From positions 1 to 56,835 of the forward strand of contig JANWIZ010000016.1 of NCBI GenBank assembly GCA_025449635.1: a stretch of DNA of 56,835 nucleotides. The letters are read 5' to 3'. This document shows positions 47,540 to 56,412 of this stretch, piece after piece (the stretch's first letter is position 1; every line of letters begins with the position of its first letter). The notes under the pieces are model-generated. The model was not told where the DNA came from, did no database searches, and worked only from the letters and a program-made list of their open reading frames with translations. A program made the translations under genes and the position numbers. The DNA is from Patescibacteria group bacterium (GTDB taxonomy: Bacteria > Patescibacteriota > Microgenomatia > Woykebacterales > RBG-16-39-9b).

Positions 47540-48382
47540 ATGGAATTTACACACCCTGAGGTATTAAAAATTGAAAAGCTTTCCAAAGTTTACGGGGTTG
47601 GGAATATTGAAGTACGGGCTGTCGATCATGTAGATCTTATAGCCAGTGGTGGTGAAATAATATTGATCATGGGACCCTCTGGAAGTGGAAAGACGACACT
47701 TATTACCATTGCTGGAGCTTTACTCAAACCAACATCAGGTTCAGTTTATATAGATGGTCAAAATATTGTAACATTGCCAGAACGAGAAAGGATTTGGTTA
47801 AGAAGAAATAAAATTGGTTTTGTTTTTCAAGCATTTAACCTTTTGTCCAATCTAACAACTTCAGAGAACGTATTTATTCCATTAGGTCTTTCTGGCATAA
47901 ATCGTAGCCTAGCAAGGAAAAAAGTTGATGGTTTATTAGAAGAATTTGATCTTGGAAATCGAGCTAGTTTTACTCCAGAAAAGCTTTCAGGTGGAGAAAA
48001 ACAGCGAGTTTCTATTGCCCGGGCTCTGGTCAACGATCCTAAACTTATTTTGGCTGATGAGCCAACTGCCAATCTTGATTCGCAACGAGGTCGTGAAGTG
48101 ATGCGATTACTTCGTTCAGTCGCCAAAAATATGGGGAAGACTGTGATTATAGTTAGTCATGATCAGAGATTGATGGAAATCGCTGATAGAGTTTTGTGGA
48201 TGGAAGATGGCAGAATCAAAGCTTTCGAAAATCTCGAAGCAGATCCGAATTGCGGAGCAAGTGTAGAAGTACGTAGTTCAACACCAAAACTAGACTATAG
48301 AGGTAAGAAATACTTCTTTTGTAGCAAGGATTGTAAGAGCGAATATGTTCAGAAGAATAAAATTCCTGCAAGTTACTTCTAA
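47540..48382 (+). CDS. ABC ATPase (LolD/MacB type) with C-terminal YHS domain
   Basis: GPSGSGKT, LSGGEKQR, LADEPT; tail DPNCG...YRGKKYFFCS..C. Confidence 0.9.
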   Translation: MEFTHPEVLKIEKLSKVYGVGNIEVRAVDHVDLIASGGEIILIMGPSGSGKTTLITIAGALLKPTSGSVYIDGQNIVTLPERERIWLRRNKIGFVFQAFNLLSNLTTSENVFIPLGLSGINRSLARKKVDGLLEEFDLGNRASFTPEKLSGGEKQRVSIARALVNDPKLILADEPTANLDSQRGREVMRLLRSVAKNMGKTVIIVSHDQRLMEIADRVLWMEDGRIKAFENLEADPNCGASVEVRSSTPKLDYRGKKYFFCSKDCKSEYVQKNKIPASYF

Positions 48383-48395
48383 TATTGAAAACGAT

Positions 48396-49484
48396 TTACC
48401 AATCGGGTAAGAAATCTCGATAATTCTGTGAATTAATTACGACTTGTCCTTCGTTTCCCTCAACAATCTTTCTGGCAACTTTACGTAAAACTCCATCAAT
48501 TGTTCGTTGGATATTTCGAATGTCGATCTCATAACCAAAAGGTTTAATTAGAAATGGCCAGACATCATCTTCGAAAATAACTTTTTCCGGGTCAACCGCG
48601 GTAATTGCCAACTCTCTCGGTAAAAGGTAGTCGCGAGCAATTTTGACTTTATCCTCATCAGTGTAGCGTGGCATGAGAACTATTTCCAACCGATCCATTA
48701 CGGCTGGAGTGATATTGCCCATCCGGTTGGCAGAACAAATAAATAATACTTCAGATAAATCAACTGGGTAGTTGACATAGTAGTCAGTAAAAGCACTGTT
48801 TTGTTCAGGATCCAAAAGTTCCAAAAGAACACCCATGATATCGCTTTCAGCCCCTCGAGCAATTGAGTCAATTTCGTCTAGTAGTATGACTGGATTTCGG
48901 GTTCCTGCCCGAATCATGGTTTTAACAATCGCACCAGGCTCAGAAGCGGCGTAGGAACGTGGTTGTCCTCGAAGTACCATTGGATTGCTCATACCACCCA
49001 TCGCAATACGTCCAAAACTCCGCCCTAGTGCATTGGCGATAGATTCGGCGAATGAGGTTTTTCCAGTTCCAGGTAAACCAACAAAGCAAATAACATTGGA
49101 GCGAAAACTTCGAATTATTCCCTCCGAATCTTCGGTTTGATGTAGTTTAAGTACCGCTAAGTACTCTAAAATCCTGGATTTAATTTTTTCCAATCCAAAG
49201 TGACTTTGGTCAAGGATCTCCTTTGCTTTAGGTAGGTCCAAATTATCTTCAGATCGAACAGCCCAGGGTATACCAAGAAGCCATTCAACGTAGTGAGCCG
49301 TTTGCTCGTACTCCTGCTGGTAAACACCATGCTTCATCGCTCGATTTAGTCGGGTAAGAGATTCAATTAAAGTTTCTTTCAAATCAGGTGGGATAGTAGC
49401 GGCTTCGACTTTGTCGAGTAGAGATTGTATTTCAAATAGAGTATTGTCTCCAGAGGAGCGATCAGATTTTTCGGCAGTAGGCAT
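48396..49484 (-). CDS. Lon-type AAA+ ATPase module without N-domain or protease domain
   Basis: SHFGLEKIKSRILEYLAV, GLPGTGKT, NPVILLDEID and LLELLDPEQN. Confidence 0.88.
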   Translation of the reverse strand: MPTAEKSDRSSGDNTLFEIQSLLDKVEAATIPPDLKETLIESLTRLNRAMKHGVYQQEYEQTAHYVEWLLGIPWAVRSEDNLDLPKAKEILDQSHFGLEKIKSRILEYLAVLKLHQTEDSEGIIRSFRSNVICFVGLPGTGKTSFAESIANALGRSFGRIAMGGMSNPMVLRGQPRSYAASEPGAIVKTMIRAGTRNPVILLDEIDSIARGAESDIMGVLLELLDPEQNSAFTDYYVNYPVDLSEVLFICSANRMGNITPAVMDRLEIVLMPRYTDEDKVKIARDYLLPRELAITAVDPEKVIFEDDVWPFLIKPFGYEIDIRNIQRTIDGVLRKVARKIVEGNEGQVVINSQNYRDFLPDW

Positions 49485-49575
49485 AGATTCGATCCTTATC
49501 CTAGCAAGGTTAAACGATTTTTACTTTCTTGTAAAGAGTTGAAAACGTTACATTTTCTGGCATAATTGCTGAGAT

Positions 49576-50250
49576 ATGACAAGTGGTATTAGACACATAG
49601 CAATCATAATGGATGGAAATCGTCGCTGGGCAAAAGCAAAAGGTGTTGTTGTTAAAGAAGGTCACAAGGAAGGTGTAGAAGCGCTTGAAAGGACTGTAAA
49701 AGGTGCAATTAAAGAAGAGATAAAGTACCTAACTGTCTACGCACTTTCAACCGAAAATCTCAAAGAGCGCCAAAAAAGTGAACTCAAGGATTTATTTTCT
49801 TTAATCAAGGATGGTTTTATAAACAAACTCCCAATTTTAAAAAAAGAAGGTGTTAGAGTAAATTTTTTTGGAAATGTGGAAAAACTGCCTTTTACGGTGC
49901 GCAAAACCCTTGAAACAACCGAGAAAGCTTTGCAAAGTAATACAGCCTTAATATTAAATATTGCAATTAGTTACGGTTCTCGAGAAGAAATTCTGCAAGC
50001 AGCCAAAAAAATTAATCAAGCAAATCTAAACGAAAAGATTTTTTCCGAAAGCCTTTACACAAAAACCACCCCTGATCCTGAGTTGATAATTCGAACTGGA
50101 GGACAGAAAAGACTGTCAAACTTCTTGCTTTGGCAAGCAGCTTACAGCGAGCTATATTTTACTGATGTTTTGTGGCCAGAATTTGATGAGAAGGAATTAA
50201 AAAAAGCGATTAGAGAGTTTGAACGAAGAAAAAGAAACTTCGGGGCTTAA
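49576..50250 (+). CDS. uppS: Undecaprenyl diphosphate synthase
   Basis: HIAIIMDGNRRWA, STEN and RTGGQKRLSNFLLWQ. Confidence 0.96.
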   Translation: MTSGIRHIAIIMDGNRRWAKAKGVVVKEGHKEGVEALERTVKGAIKEEIKYLTVYALSTENLKERQKSELKDLFSLIKDGFINKLPILKKEGVRVNFFGNVEKLPFTVRKTLETTEKALQSNTALILNIAISYGSREEILQAAKKINQANLNEKIFSESLYTKTTPDPELIIRTGGQKRLSNFLLWQAAYSELYFTDVLWPEFDEKELKKAIREFERRKRNFGA

Positions 50251-50253
50251 GTT

Positions 50254-50334
50254 TGATTAAGTTCCAGGAATTGCATTACTTTTTCGAACGAAGTGAGGAA
50301 ATGAATGTGATTATGTCCCCGGAATCGCATTATT
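50254..50334 (-). repeat. Diverged tandem duplication of a gene 3' end (54-nt period)
   Basis: 50254-50280 and 50308-50334 both encode xNAIPGT* followed by TCA. Confidence 0.8.
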
Positions 50335-51072
50335 CGCAAAGAGAAATATCCCGATCGCTACGATTATTGCTACTACCAAAATTACAAAAATAACAATTGG
50401 AAATCCACCGTGATGCTCGTCCTCTTCAGCGGTTGGTATTGGAGTCGTTGGTGCAACTGGATCTGTGCCTTCAGTGTGAGCTTGCCAAGGCGGTGGGGCG
50501 TTTTCCAATCCTGGTGTAGTCGTTGGAGCTGTTTCGGTAGTTGGTGCAACCGAAGGATCTTGTTTTAACCAAGCTGGACCTGTCTCACCACCGGCACTAT
50601 TCTCAATCGTTGAAGGTGGCTCAGGTGTTGTCGTAGTAGCTAAATTATCTGTTGGAGCTGGTGTTGAAGGAATCGTTGAAGAAGAAACTTCAGAAGACGA
50701 CTCTACCATTGGTTGACTAGGTACAACTGGTTCTGTATTAGCAATTGGTGCAGACTCCATAACTGGACTGCTGGTGGGTTCGGCAGGTGTGCTAACTGGT
50801 GCGGCGACTGGTTCTGCTGAAGGGGTTTCCATGACTGGAATCGCAGGTGCAGGTGGTGGAGGAGCTGCCTCCATGACACTTGGACTTGCAGTCGTAACTC
50901 CAGCTGGAGGTTCTGAAACAGGTGCATTAGTTGGTGTTGTTTGAGTTTCGGGAACACTAGTTGAAACAGGACTACTAACCGGTGTCGTTACTTCTGAAGG
51001 ATTAGGTGTTGTAGGATTTGGATTTGATTCAGTCGGGTTAGTTGCTGGGTTTGTATTTTGGTCTTCGGGCAT
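50311..51072 (-). CDS. Pro/Thr/Ser-rich disordered protein with C-terminal TM anchor
   Basis: Low-complexity PTE-rich body; FPIVIFVILVVAIIVAIGIFLF near the C-terminus. Confidence 0.8.
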   Translation of the reverse strand: MPEDQNTNPATNPTESNPNPTTPNPSEVTTPVSSPVSTSVPETQTTPTNAPVSEPPAGVTTASPSVMEAAPPPPAPAIPVMETPSAEPVAAPVSTPAEPTSSPVMESAPIANTEPVVPSQPMVESSSEVSSSTIPSTPAPTDNLATTTTPEPPSTIENSAGGETGPAWLKQDPSVAPTTETAPTTTPGLENAPPPWQAHTEGTDPVAPTTPIPTAEEDEHHGGFPIVIFVILVVAIIVAIGIFLFANNAIPGT

Positions 51073-51203
51073 TTTATATTTACAAACTGCTTTTCGGATT
51101 GAGCAGTAACTCCTTTGCCAATAGGTTATATTATCGACATTTACTGTGTCAAGCACTTATTTTTAGCCTTGAAAAAAGGTAGTCGAGTGGTTGGTTTGCC
51201 CGA

Positions 51204-51833
51204 CTACCATAAAAGTTTTGGTTTGGTTCGATGTTCTTTACCTTCAATAAGCCTTTTGATGTTTCCTGAGTGCATGATTATAATCAAGGAAACCTCTGCC
51301 AGAAGGCCAACGAAATACCAAGTTGATACCAGACCCATCAAAAACAACACGAGGATAGTTAGGACTCCAATCAGAGAACCCAGTAATGATCCAAGTGAAA
51401 CGAACCCTCTAGAGATCAGTATGGCAGCGACAAAAACAGTAATTGTCGGGGCAAACGCTATCCACAGGTAAGGTTGTGCAGTTGCCAGAGCGAAAAAACC
51501 ACCAGCAGTTGTTGACACCGCCTTACCACCCTTGAAGCCCAAGAAAATAGATCGCGAATGACCGATACTGACGGACACCGCGACTAGAATGTGAAGCAAT
51601 TCTTTATCAGGCCAAAGTGATATCACTACAAAAGTGGGTAGGAAGGCTTTCGAGACATCAAAAACCGCTACAAGCGAGGCTAAAATAAAGCCAACTTTTC
51701 TACTTACTCTGGTTGCTCCTGTCCAGGCCTGATCTGTCTCCAAGATGTCTTCTTTACTCACTTTATTGACAACAAAGCGGCTGATTGAAAAAGATCCGCA
51801 CAAATAAGCTGCCAGGATTAGAAGAATTTCCAA
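51204..51833 (-). CDS. plsY: Glycerol-3-phosphate acyltransferase PlsY-like
   Basis: AYLCGS, GAT, DVSK, GH, FKGGKAVST and HSGNIKRL..G.E; TTG start with AGGAG RBS. Confidence 0.85.
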   Translation of the reverse strand: MEILLILAAYLCGSFSISRFVVNKVSKEDILETDQAWTGATRVSRKVGFILASLVAVFDVSKAFLPTFVVISLWPDKELLHILVAVSVSIGHSRSIFLGFKGGKAVSTTAGGFFALATAQPYLWIAFAPTITVFVAAILISRGFVSLGSLLGSLIGVLTILVLFLMGLVSTWYFVGLLAEVSLIIIMHSGNIKRLIEGKEHRTKPKLLW

Positions 51834-51907
51834 CCCCTTCTCCTTTCTGACTTGAGCAGATGGCTTATTTTATGGTAAAATCGCTAGGTTTTCAAGGTTT
51901 ATTACGT

Positions 51908-51983
51908 GGCCCCGTCGTCTAGTGGTTAGGATACTGGGTTTTCATCCCAGAGATCGCGGGTTCGAATCCCGCCGGGGTCACCA
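51908..51983 (+). tRNA. tRNA-Glu (anticodon TTC)
   Basis: Cloverleaf with GGCCCCG/CGGGGTC acceptor, CTGGG-TTTTCAT-CCCAG anticodon arm, GGTTCGAATCC T-arm and encoded CCA. Confidence 0.96.
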
Positions 51984-52054
51984 AATTGACTGACATATCA
52001 GGAATAAATAGAATTTTTTGACAACTTATCAATAACTCCTCATAATTTAAGTTA

Positions 52055-52690
52055 ATGCTCGACCAGGCAGAAACCCACGAACACACAATTTCATATTCAT
52101 CTATAGTACAATTCATTGGTCTTCAGGTTTTAAAGTATCTTCGCTCCCTATTACTTATTCCAATAGTCGCATTTTCCTTTGCTATGGTATTGATGATAAT
52201 CTCCCCCATTTTATTCTCGGTACTATCCTTGTGGGTTAGTGATTTGACTTCTCTGACTAACTATAGTTTTAGTATAAGCCTCAATACTTCATCTAATAGT
52301 TTTTTCGAAGGTTGGACGAAGGTTGCTGAAGCTGGTTCTATAAAGGTATTTGGTGCTTTTTCTATACTCTTTTATTTTATTGTTTCCGTAGTATCTGAAT
52401 TTACTAAGAATAGATTTAAATTCACTTTTAAAGAAACCTTAATAATAATTGTAAAAATATTTACCCTTGGTTATTTCTTCTCTGCCTGTGTCAACTTCTT
52501 GTTAGCTATGATAATTGGTTTTATCCCTGGCGGTACTCCTTCTCCTCAGGACTCCATTTTTATATTCATTTTCTTATGGATTATATCAATTATGATGAGT
52601 AGTTTTTTTTACAGTCTTTACTATTTTGCGGGCTTAATAATAAACTTTTTGGGGTCTTGGAAGCCGTCACATAAATTAGAAAGTAGCTGA
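52055..52690 (+). CDS. AT-rich multi-pass membrane protein
   Basis: About four hydrophobic segments; follows the tRNA. Confidence 0.6.
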   Translation: MLDQAETHEHTISYSSIVQFIGLQVLKYLRSLLLIPIVAFSFAMVLMIISPILFSVLSLWVSDLTSLTNYSFSISLNTSSNSFFEGWTKVAEAGSIKVFGAFSILFYFIVSVVSEFTKNRFKFTFKETLIIIVKIFTLGYFFSACVNFLLAMIIGFIPGGTPSPQDSIFIFIFLWIISIMMSSFFYSLYYFAGLIINFLGSWKPSHKLESS

Positions 52691-52881
52691 CCTTTAGCCA
52701 TTTTTAAGTCTAATAAACCTAGGTAGTTACTTCCAAACTTACCGTTAGCCCAAGCTTCCTCACCTATACTCAAGCTTTTCTATTCCTTCAGAACCTAACT
52801 AAAGTATCTATTTGCAAAGTGGTTAGGGTCTAAATCTTTCTGATATAATCCAGGTTAAAAGAAAGAGGGAGGAATTAGCCA

Positions 52882-53046
52882 TTGGGAAAAGCATTTCTCG
52901 CTGCTCTAATACTTGGGTTGATAACTCAGTCTTGGGCAATTGCCTTTGTTGTTTTTTTCATCGTGCTACTTTTGTTTGATGACAATGATAGTGGTGACGA
53001 AGCTAAACGACAATTGTTTAGACTCAGATACCGAAGAAGGAGGTAG
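52882..53046 (+). CDS. Small membrane protein (54 aa; absent from ORF track)
   Basis: GGAGG RBS, TTG start; MGKAFLAALILGLITQSWAIAFVVFFIVLLLFDDNDSGDEAKRQLFRLRYRRRR*. Confidence 0.6.
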   Translation: MGKAFLAALILGLITQSWAIAFVVFFIVLLLFDDNDSGDEAKRQLFRLRYRRRR

Positions 53047-53051
53047 GAAAG

Positions 53052-53891
53052 TTGAGTGAGAAACGCTTGAAGAAATTGGGTGAAGGTAAGACCAAGGTTA
53101 TTTGGGATATTGGTGAAGATAAAGTCCATATCGAAAGTAAGGATGATATCACTGCTGGAGATGGTGCGAAGAGAGATTTACTCGAAGGGAAAGCAGTTTA
53201 CTCAACTGAAACCACCAGCAATTGTTTTAAGTTGCTTCATGGTCAAGGAATAGGGACGCACTTTCTTGGGAGAGTTGACGACCGAACTTTTCGGGCACGG
53301 CAGTTGCAGATGATTCCGATTGAGTTGGTAGCCAGACGGATCGCGACCGGATCTTATCTCAAAAGGCGTCCGGATGTGATCGAAGGTGCAATCTTTCCTG
53401 ACATCATCGTTGAGTTCTTTGAGAAGGATGACGCAAATCATGACCCCCTGATAATAATTGATCTTGCGAGCGAGCGTATTCTTCGTTTTGCTGCTAGCAA
53501 ACCTTTGTCAGAAGGGTTTATGAGCGAGCAACCTTTAGGTGAAACATCGGTAGCTGGTATATCTGGTTCACGGATGCTTGAGCTAGTTACGATCACAAGA
53601 ATTGTGTTTCTAGTACTTGAGAAAGCTTGGGCGAAGCAAAACGTTGCTTTAGTTGACCTAAAGATAGAATGTGGGCTAGATTTTGGGAGATTGTTGGTTG
53701 GTGATGTTATTGACAATGATTCTTGGCGTATCTGGCCAGCAAGAGACAAGAATCAAATGAGGGATAAGCAGGTTTATCGGGATCTACAAGGAGTTGAAGA
53801 CCCTGCTGCCAAAGCTAAGGAGTTGGGAAGAATAAAGCAGAATTATGAATGGGTTGCGGGTGCAACTAGAGAATTTCTAACTGCAAACTAA
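53052..53891 (+). CDS. purC: SAICAR synthetase
   Basis: GEGKTK, KDDITAGDG, ELVARRIATGSYLKR, DLKIECG and DVIDNDSWRIW. Confidence 0.9.
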   Translation: MSEKRLKKLGEGKTKVIWDIGEDKVHIESKDDITAGDGAKRDLLEGKAVYSTETTSNCFKLLHGQGIGTHFLGRVDDRTFRARQLQMIPIELVARRIATGSYLKRRPDVIEGAIFPDIIVEFFEKDDANHDPLIIIDLASERILRFAASKPLSEGFMSEQPLGETSVAGISGSRMLELVTITRIVFLVLEKAWAKQNVALVDLKIECGLDFGRLLVGDVIDNDSWRIWPARDKNQMRDKQVYRDLQGVEDPAAKAKELGRIKQNYEWVAGATREFLTAN

Positions 53892-53985
53892 CAGTATTAA
53901 CGATCTTGAAATATTAGGTCGTTTTTCTTTTCTCAGCTGCTTTTAACATTGAAAAAAACCTAATTTTTCATTACACTATTATTTA

Positions 53986-54678
53986 GTGCCAGAGACAAAA
54001 GAAACAATTCTCCAATTAACCAAAGTATCAAAGATTTATAAAAGCGGTAGCGAAGACACGGCTGCTATCAAGGATATTGATCTCATTATTCACAAGGGTG
54101 AGAGTATTGCCATTGTTGGAAAATCTGGAAGTGGTAAATCTACTTTGATGCATGTTTTGGCGACTTTGGATCGTCCGAGTAACGGAGATTTGATTATTGG
54201 TGACAAAACTACAACAGAGCTGAAAAACTCAGAGCTCGATAAGTTTCGTAATAAGAAGTTTGGGTTCGTCTTCCAACAGTTTTTTGTAAACCCACGCAAT
54301 AGTTGTCTTGATAATGTTGTTTTACCTTTGGTAATTCAAGGAGTATCTCCAAAAGAAAGAAAAAAACGAGGAGAAGCAATACTTGAAGCGGTTGGACTGC
54401 TCGACAAAGCTAAAAGTAAGGCAAACGACCTCTCCGGTGGTCAAAAACAACGACTGTGTATTGCTCGGGCTTTAATTACCAATCCCGAAGTAGTTTTTGC
54501 TGATGAACCAACTGGTAATTTGGATAGTGAAACTGGAAAAATTGTGATTGACCTGTTGTTTGAATTACAAAGGAAAAATGGAATTACTTTGGTAATTGTG
54601 ACTCACGATCAAGATTTGGCTGAACTTTGCGATCGACAAATTACATTAAAAGACGGAAAAATTATTCAAAAATCATAA
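53986..54678 (+). CDS. ABC ATPase (LolD/MacB type)
   Basis: GKSGSGKST, LSGGQKQR and ADEPTGNLD. Confidence 0.93.
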   Translation: MPETKETILQLTKVSKIYKSGSEDTAAIKDIDLIIHKGESIAIVGKSGSGKSTLMHVLATLDRPSNGDLIIGDKTTTELKNSELDKFRNKKFGFVFQQFFVNPRNSCLDNVVLPLVIQGVSPKERKKRGEAILEAVGLLDKAKSKANDLSGGQKQRLCIARALITNPEVVFADEPTGNLDSETGKIVIDLLFELQRKNGITLVIVTHDQDLAELCDRQITLKDGKIIQKS

Positions 54679-55946
54679 TGAGAATTTTCGATATTATTAG
54701 GATCGCACAAGGTAATTTGTTAAGGTCTAAACTAAGGACTTTCTTGACTATTGTCGCTGTTTTTATTGGGACCTTAACCCTTTCACTTACAAATGGGGTC
54801 GGTAACGGGGTAAAAGTTTACGTTAATAAGCAACTTGGGAATTTGGGAGCAGAAGATACTCTAGTCGTTCAAGCTAAACAAACTAATCAAAATCCAGTTT
54901 CAACTGACGTTGTCAAATACAACCCTGATCGTCAGGCTGGAACCTTTAATATCGTTCTCCTTTTAGAAAAAGATATCCAAAAAGTTAAAGCAGTCAAAGG
55001 GATAGAGGAAGTAACACCGGTATACATGGTTCAACTCGAATACATTTCAGCTGGAGAAGATAAATATACTGTTACTACGAACCAGTATATCGATGGGTTA
55101 AATATTGATATGGCCTCTGGTCGAACAGTAAAGTTAAATAGCGCTAGCGAGATAACTATTCCAGCTCGTTATGTAAAGCCATTAGGTTTTGAATCAGAAC
55201 AAGACGCTCTAAACAAAACAGTAACCCTGGCTTTCAAAGATTCGAAAGGTGAATTAGTTGAGAAACAAATAAGAATTGTTGGGGTTCAACAAAACTCACT
55301 ATTAGGTAATCTCGATACTTCCATCGGCGTCCCCTTGGCAAAAGAAATCCTTGATCAACAAACACTAGGTATCCCTCAGTTGGAAGGTCGCTATCAAGCT
55401 TTGTTAGTGAAATATGATTCAAGTTTTGGAGTAGAGAAGCTTGAAGAATTGAAAAAAACTTTAGATAAAAAAGGCTATTTTGCTCAAACTATTGAGGAAC
55501 AAGTGGGAATAGTAAGCACTGTCATAGATGGGATATTAATGGGGCTAAATATTTTAGGTGCCATAGCTTTGTTGGCAGCTAGTTTTGGTATTGTTAATAC
55601 ACTGCTTATGGCGGTGAAAGAGAGAACTAGAGAGATTGGTTTGATGAAAGCACTAGGGGCTCACGGGCGTCATATATTTGCTATTTTTGCTTTTGAAGCG
55701 ATCAGCATCGGTTTTTGGGGAGGTTTATTTGGTATTTTGGTTAGTATCTTAATTGGTTCTGTGGTTAACAATGTTGCTTCTCAAACGTTTCTCAAAGATT
55801 TTGTTGGATTTGATCTTCTGAGATTCCCGCTTATACCCTCGATAACAATTTTGTTAGGTATAATGATACTTTCTTTTTTGGCGGGGGCGCTCCCATCTAT
55901 AAAAGCCAGTCGTCTTAACCCCATCGAAGCACTTCGTTACGAGTAA
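54678..55946 (+). CDS. ABC permease (MacB/FtsX type)
   Basis: KLRTFLT, ERTREIGLMKALGA and LNPIEALRYE. Confidence 0.92.
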   Translation: MRIFDIIRIAQGNLLRSKLRTFLTIVAVFIGTLTLSLTNGVGNGVKVYVNKQLGNLGAEDTLVVQAKQTNQNPVSTDVVKYNPDRQAGTFNIVLLLEKDIQKVKAVKGIEEVTPVYMVQLEYISAGEDKYTVTTNQYIDGLNIDMASGRTVKLNSASEITIPARYVKPLGFESEQDALNKTVTLAFKDSKGELVEKQIRIVGVQQNSLLGNLDTSIGVPLAKEILDQQTLGIPQLEGRYQALLVKYDSSFGVEKLEELKKTLDKKGYFAQTIEEQVGIVSTVIDGILMGLNILGAIALLAASFGIVNTLLMAVKERTREIGLMKALGAHGRHIFAIFAFEAISIGFWGGLFGILVSILIGSVVNNVASQTFLKDFVGFDLLRFPLIPSITILLGIMILSFLAGALPSIKASRLNPIEALRYE

Positions 55947-56063
55947 CACTCGTATTACATTTTTTTTGACCCCCTTTCTGAATCCAACTTTACCTAGTAG
56001 TATTAAAAAGAAAAATTTGACTTGAAATTTTGAAATATATTATTATTTAGATAAGGAGGTTTT

Positions 56064-56252
56064 ATGGATCCAATTAGAGATGCCCAGTATGACAGAGCAG
56101 AGGCTGAGAAGCTTCGTTGGGAAGAGCGTCACGAAAGCAACCCTGCTGCAAGACAGGATCTTGAGCGAGCCGCAGGTCGGTTTGATGAAGAAGCAACGGA
56201 AATAGAAAATGAAGTAGCCGCAGCTAACGAAACTGAACCTGAGGCTGAGTAA
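56064..56252 (+). CDS. Small acidic hypothetical protein
   Basis: Strong AAGGAGG RBS and upstream TTGACT promoter. Confidence 0.65.
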   Translation: MDPIRDAQYDRAEAEKLRWEERHESNPAARQDLERAAGRFDEEATEIENEVAAANETEPEAE

Positions 56253-56259
56253 AAACGTA

Positions 56260-56392
56260 TTGACACAAAAGTTTTTGTTTGGTAATATCCTTTGTTACTA
56301 ATTGAATTCTTTTAGTAACCGCTCGGGTTTGAGAATACGCTCAATCACTCTTGGGCAATGAAGTCCCCGACAAGGGGATTTTGTGTTTTTTT
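56260..56392 (+). promoter_or_regulatory. greA promoter and structured leader with terminator
   Basis: TTGACA-17-TAATAT; three hairpins, the last (AAGTCCCC/GGGGATTT) followed by a T-tract. Confidence 0.7.
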
Positions 56393-56412
56393 GAAAAAAA
56401 AGAATTAAATTT

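Noticed and set aside
52620..52780. Possible minus-strand gene remnant
   Set aside because: Short open frame with no recognisable motif, partly overlapping the plus-strand ORF.
51960..53000. Genomic island integrated at tRNA-Glu
   Set aside because: No duplicated tRNA 3' end or integrase was found downstream; only a composition shift.
52854..53947. GTTAAAAG/CTTTTAAC flanking the purC unit as a second 5'-3' pairing case
   Set aside because: Only 8 AT-rich bp, and the 3' half lies beyond the likely terminator; plausibly chance.
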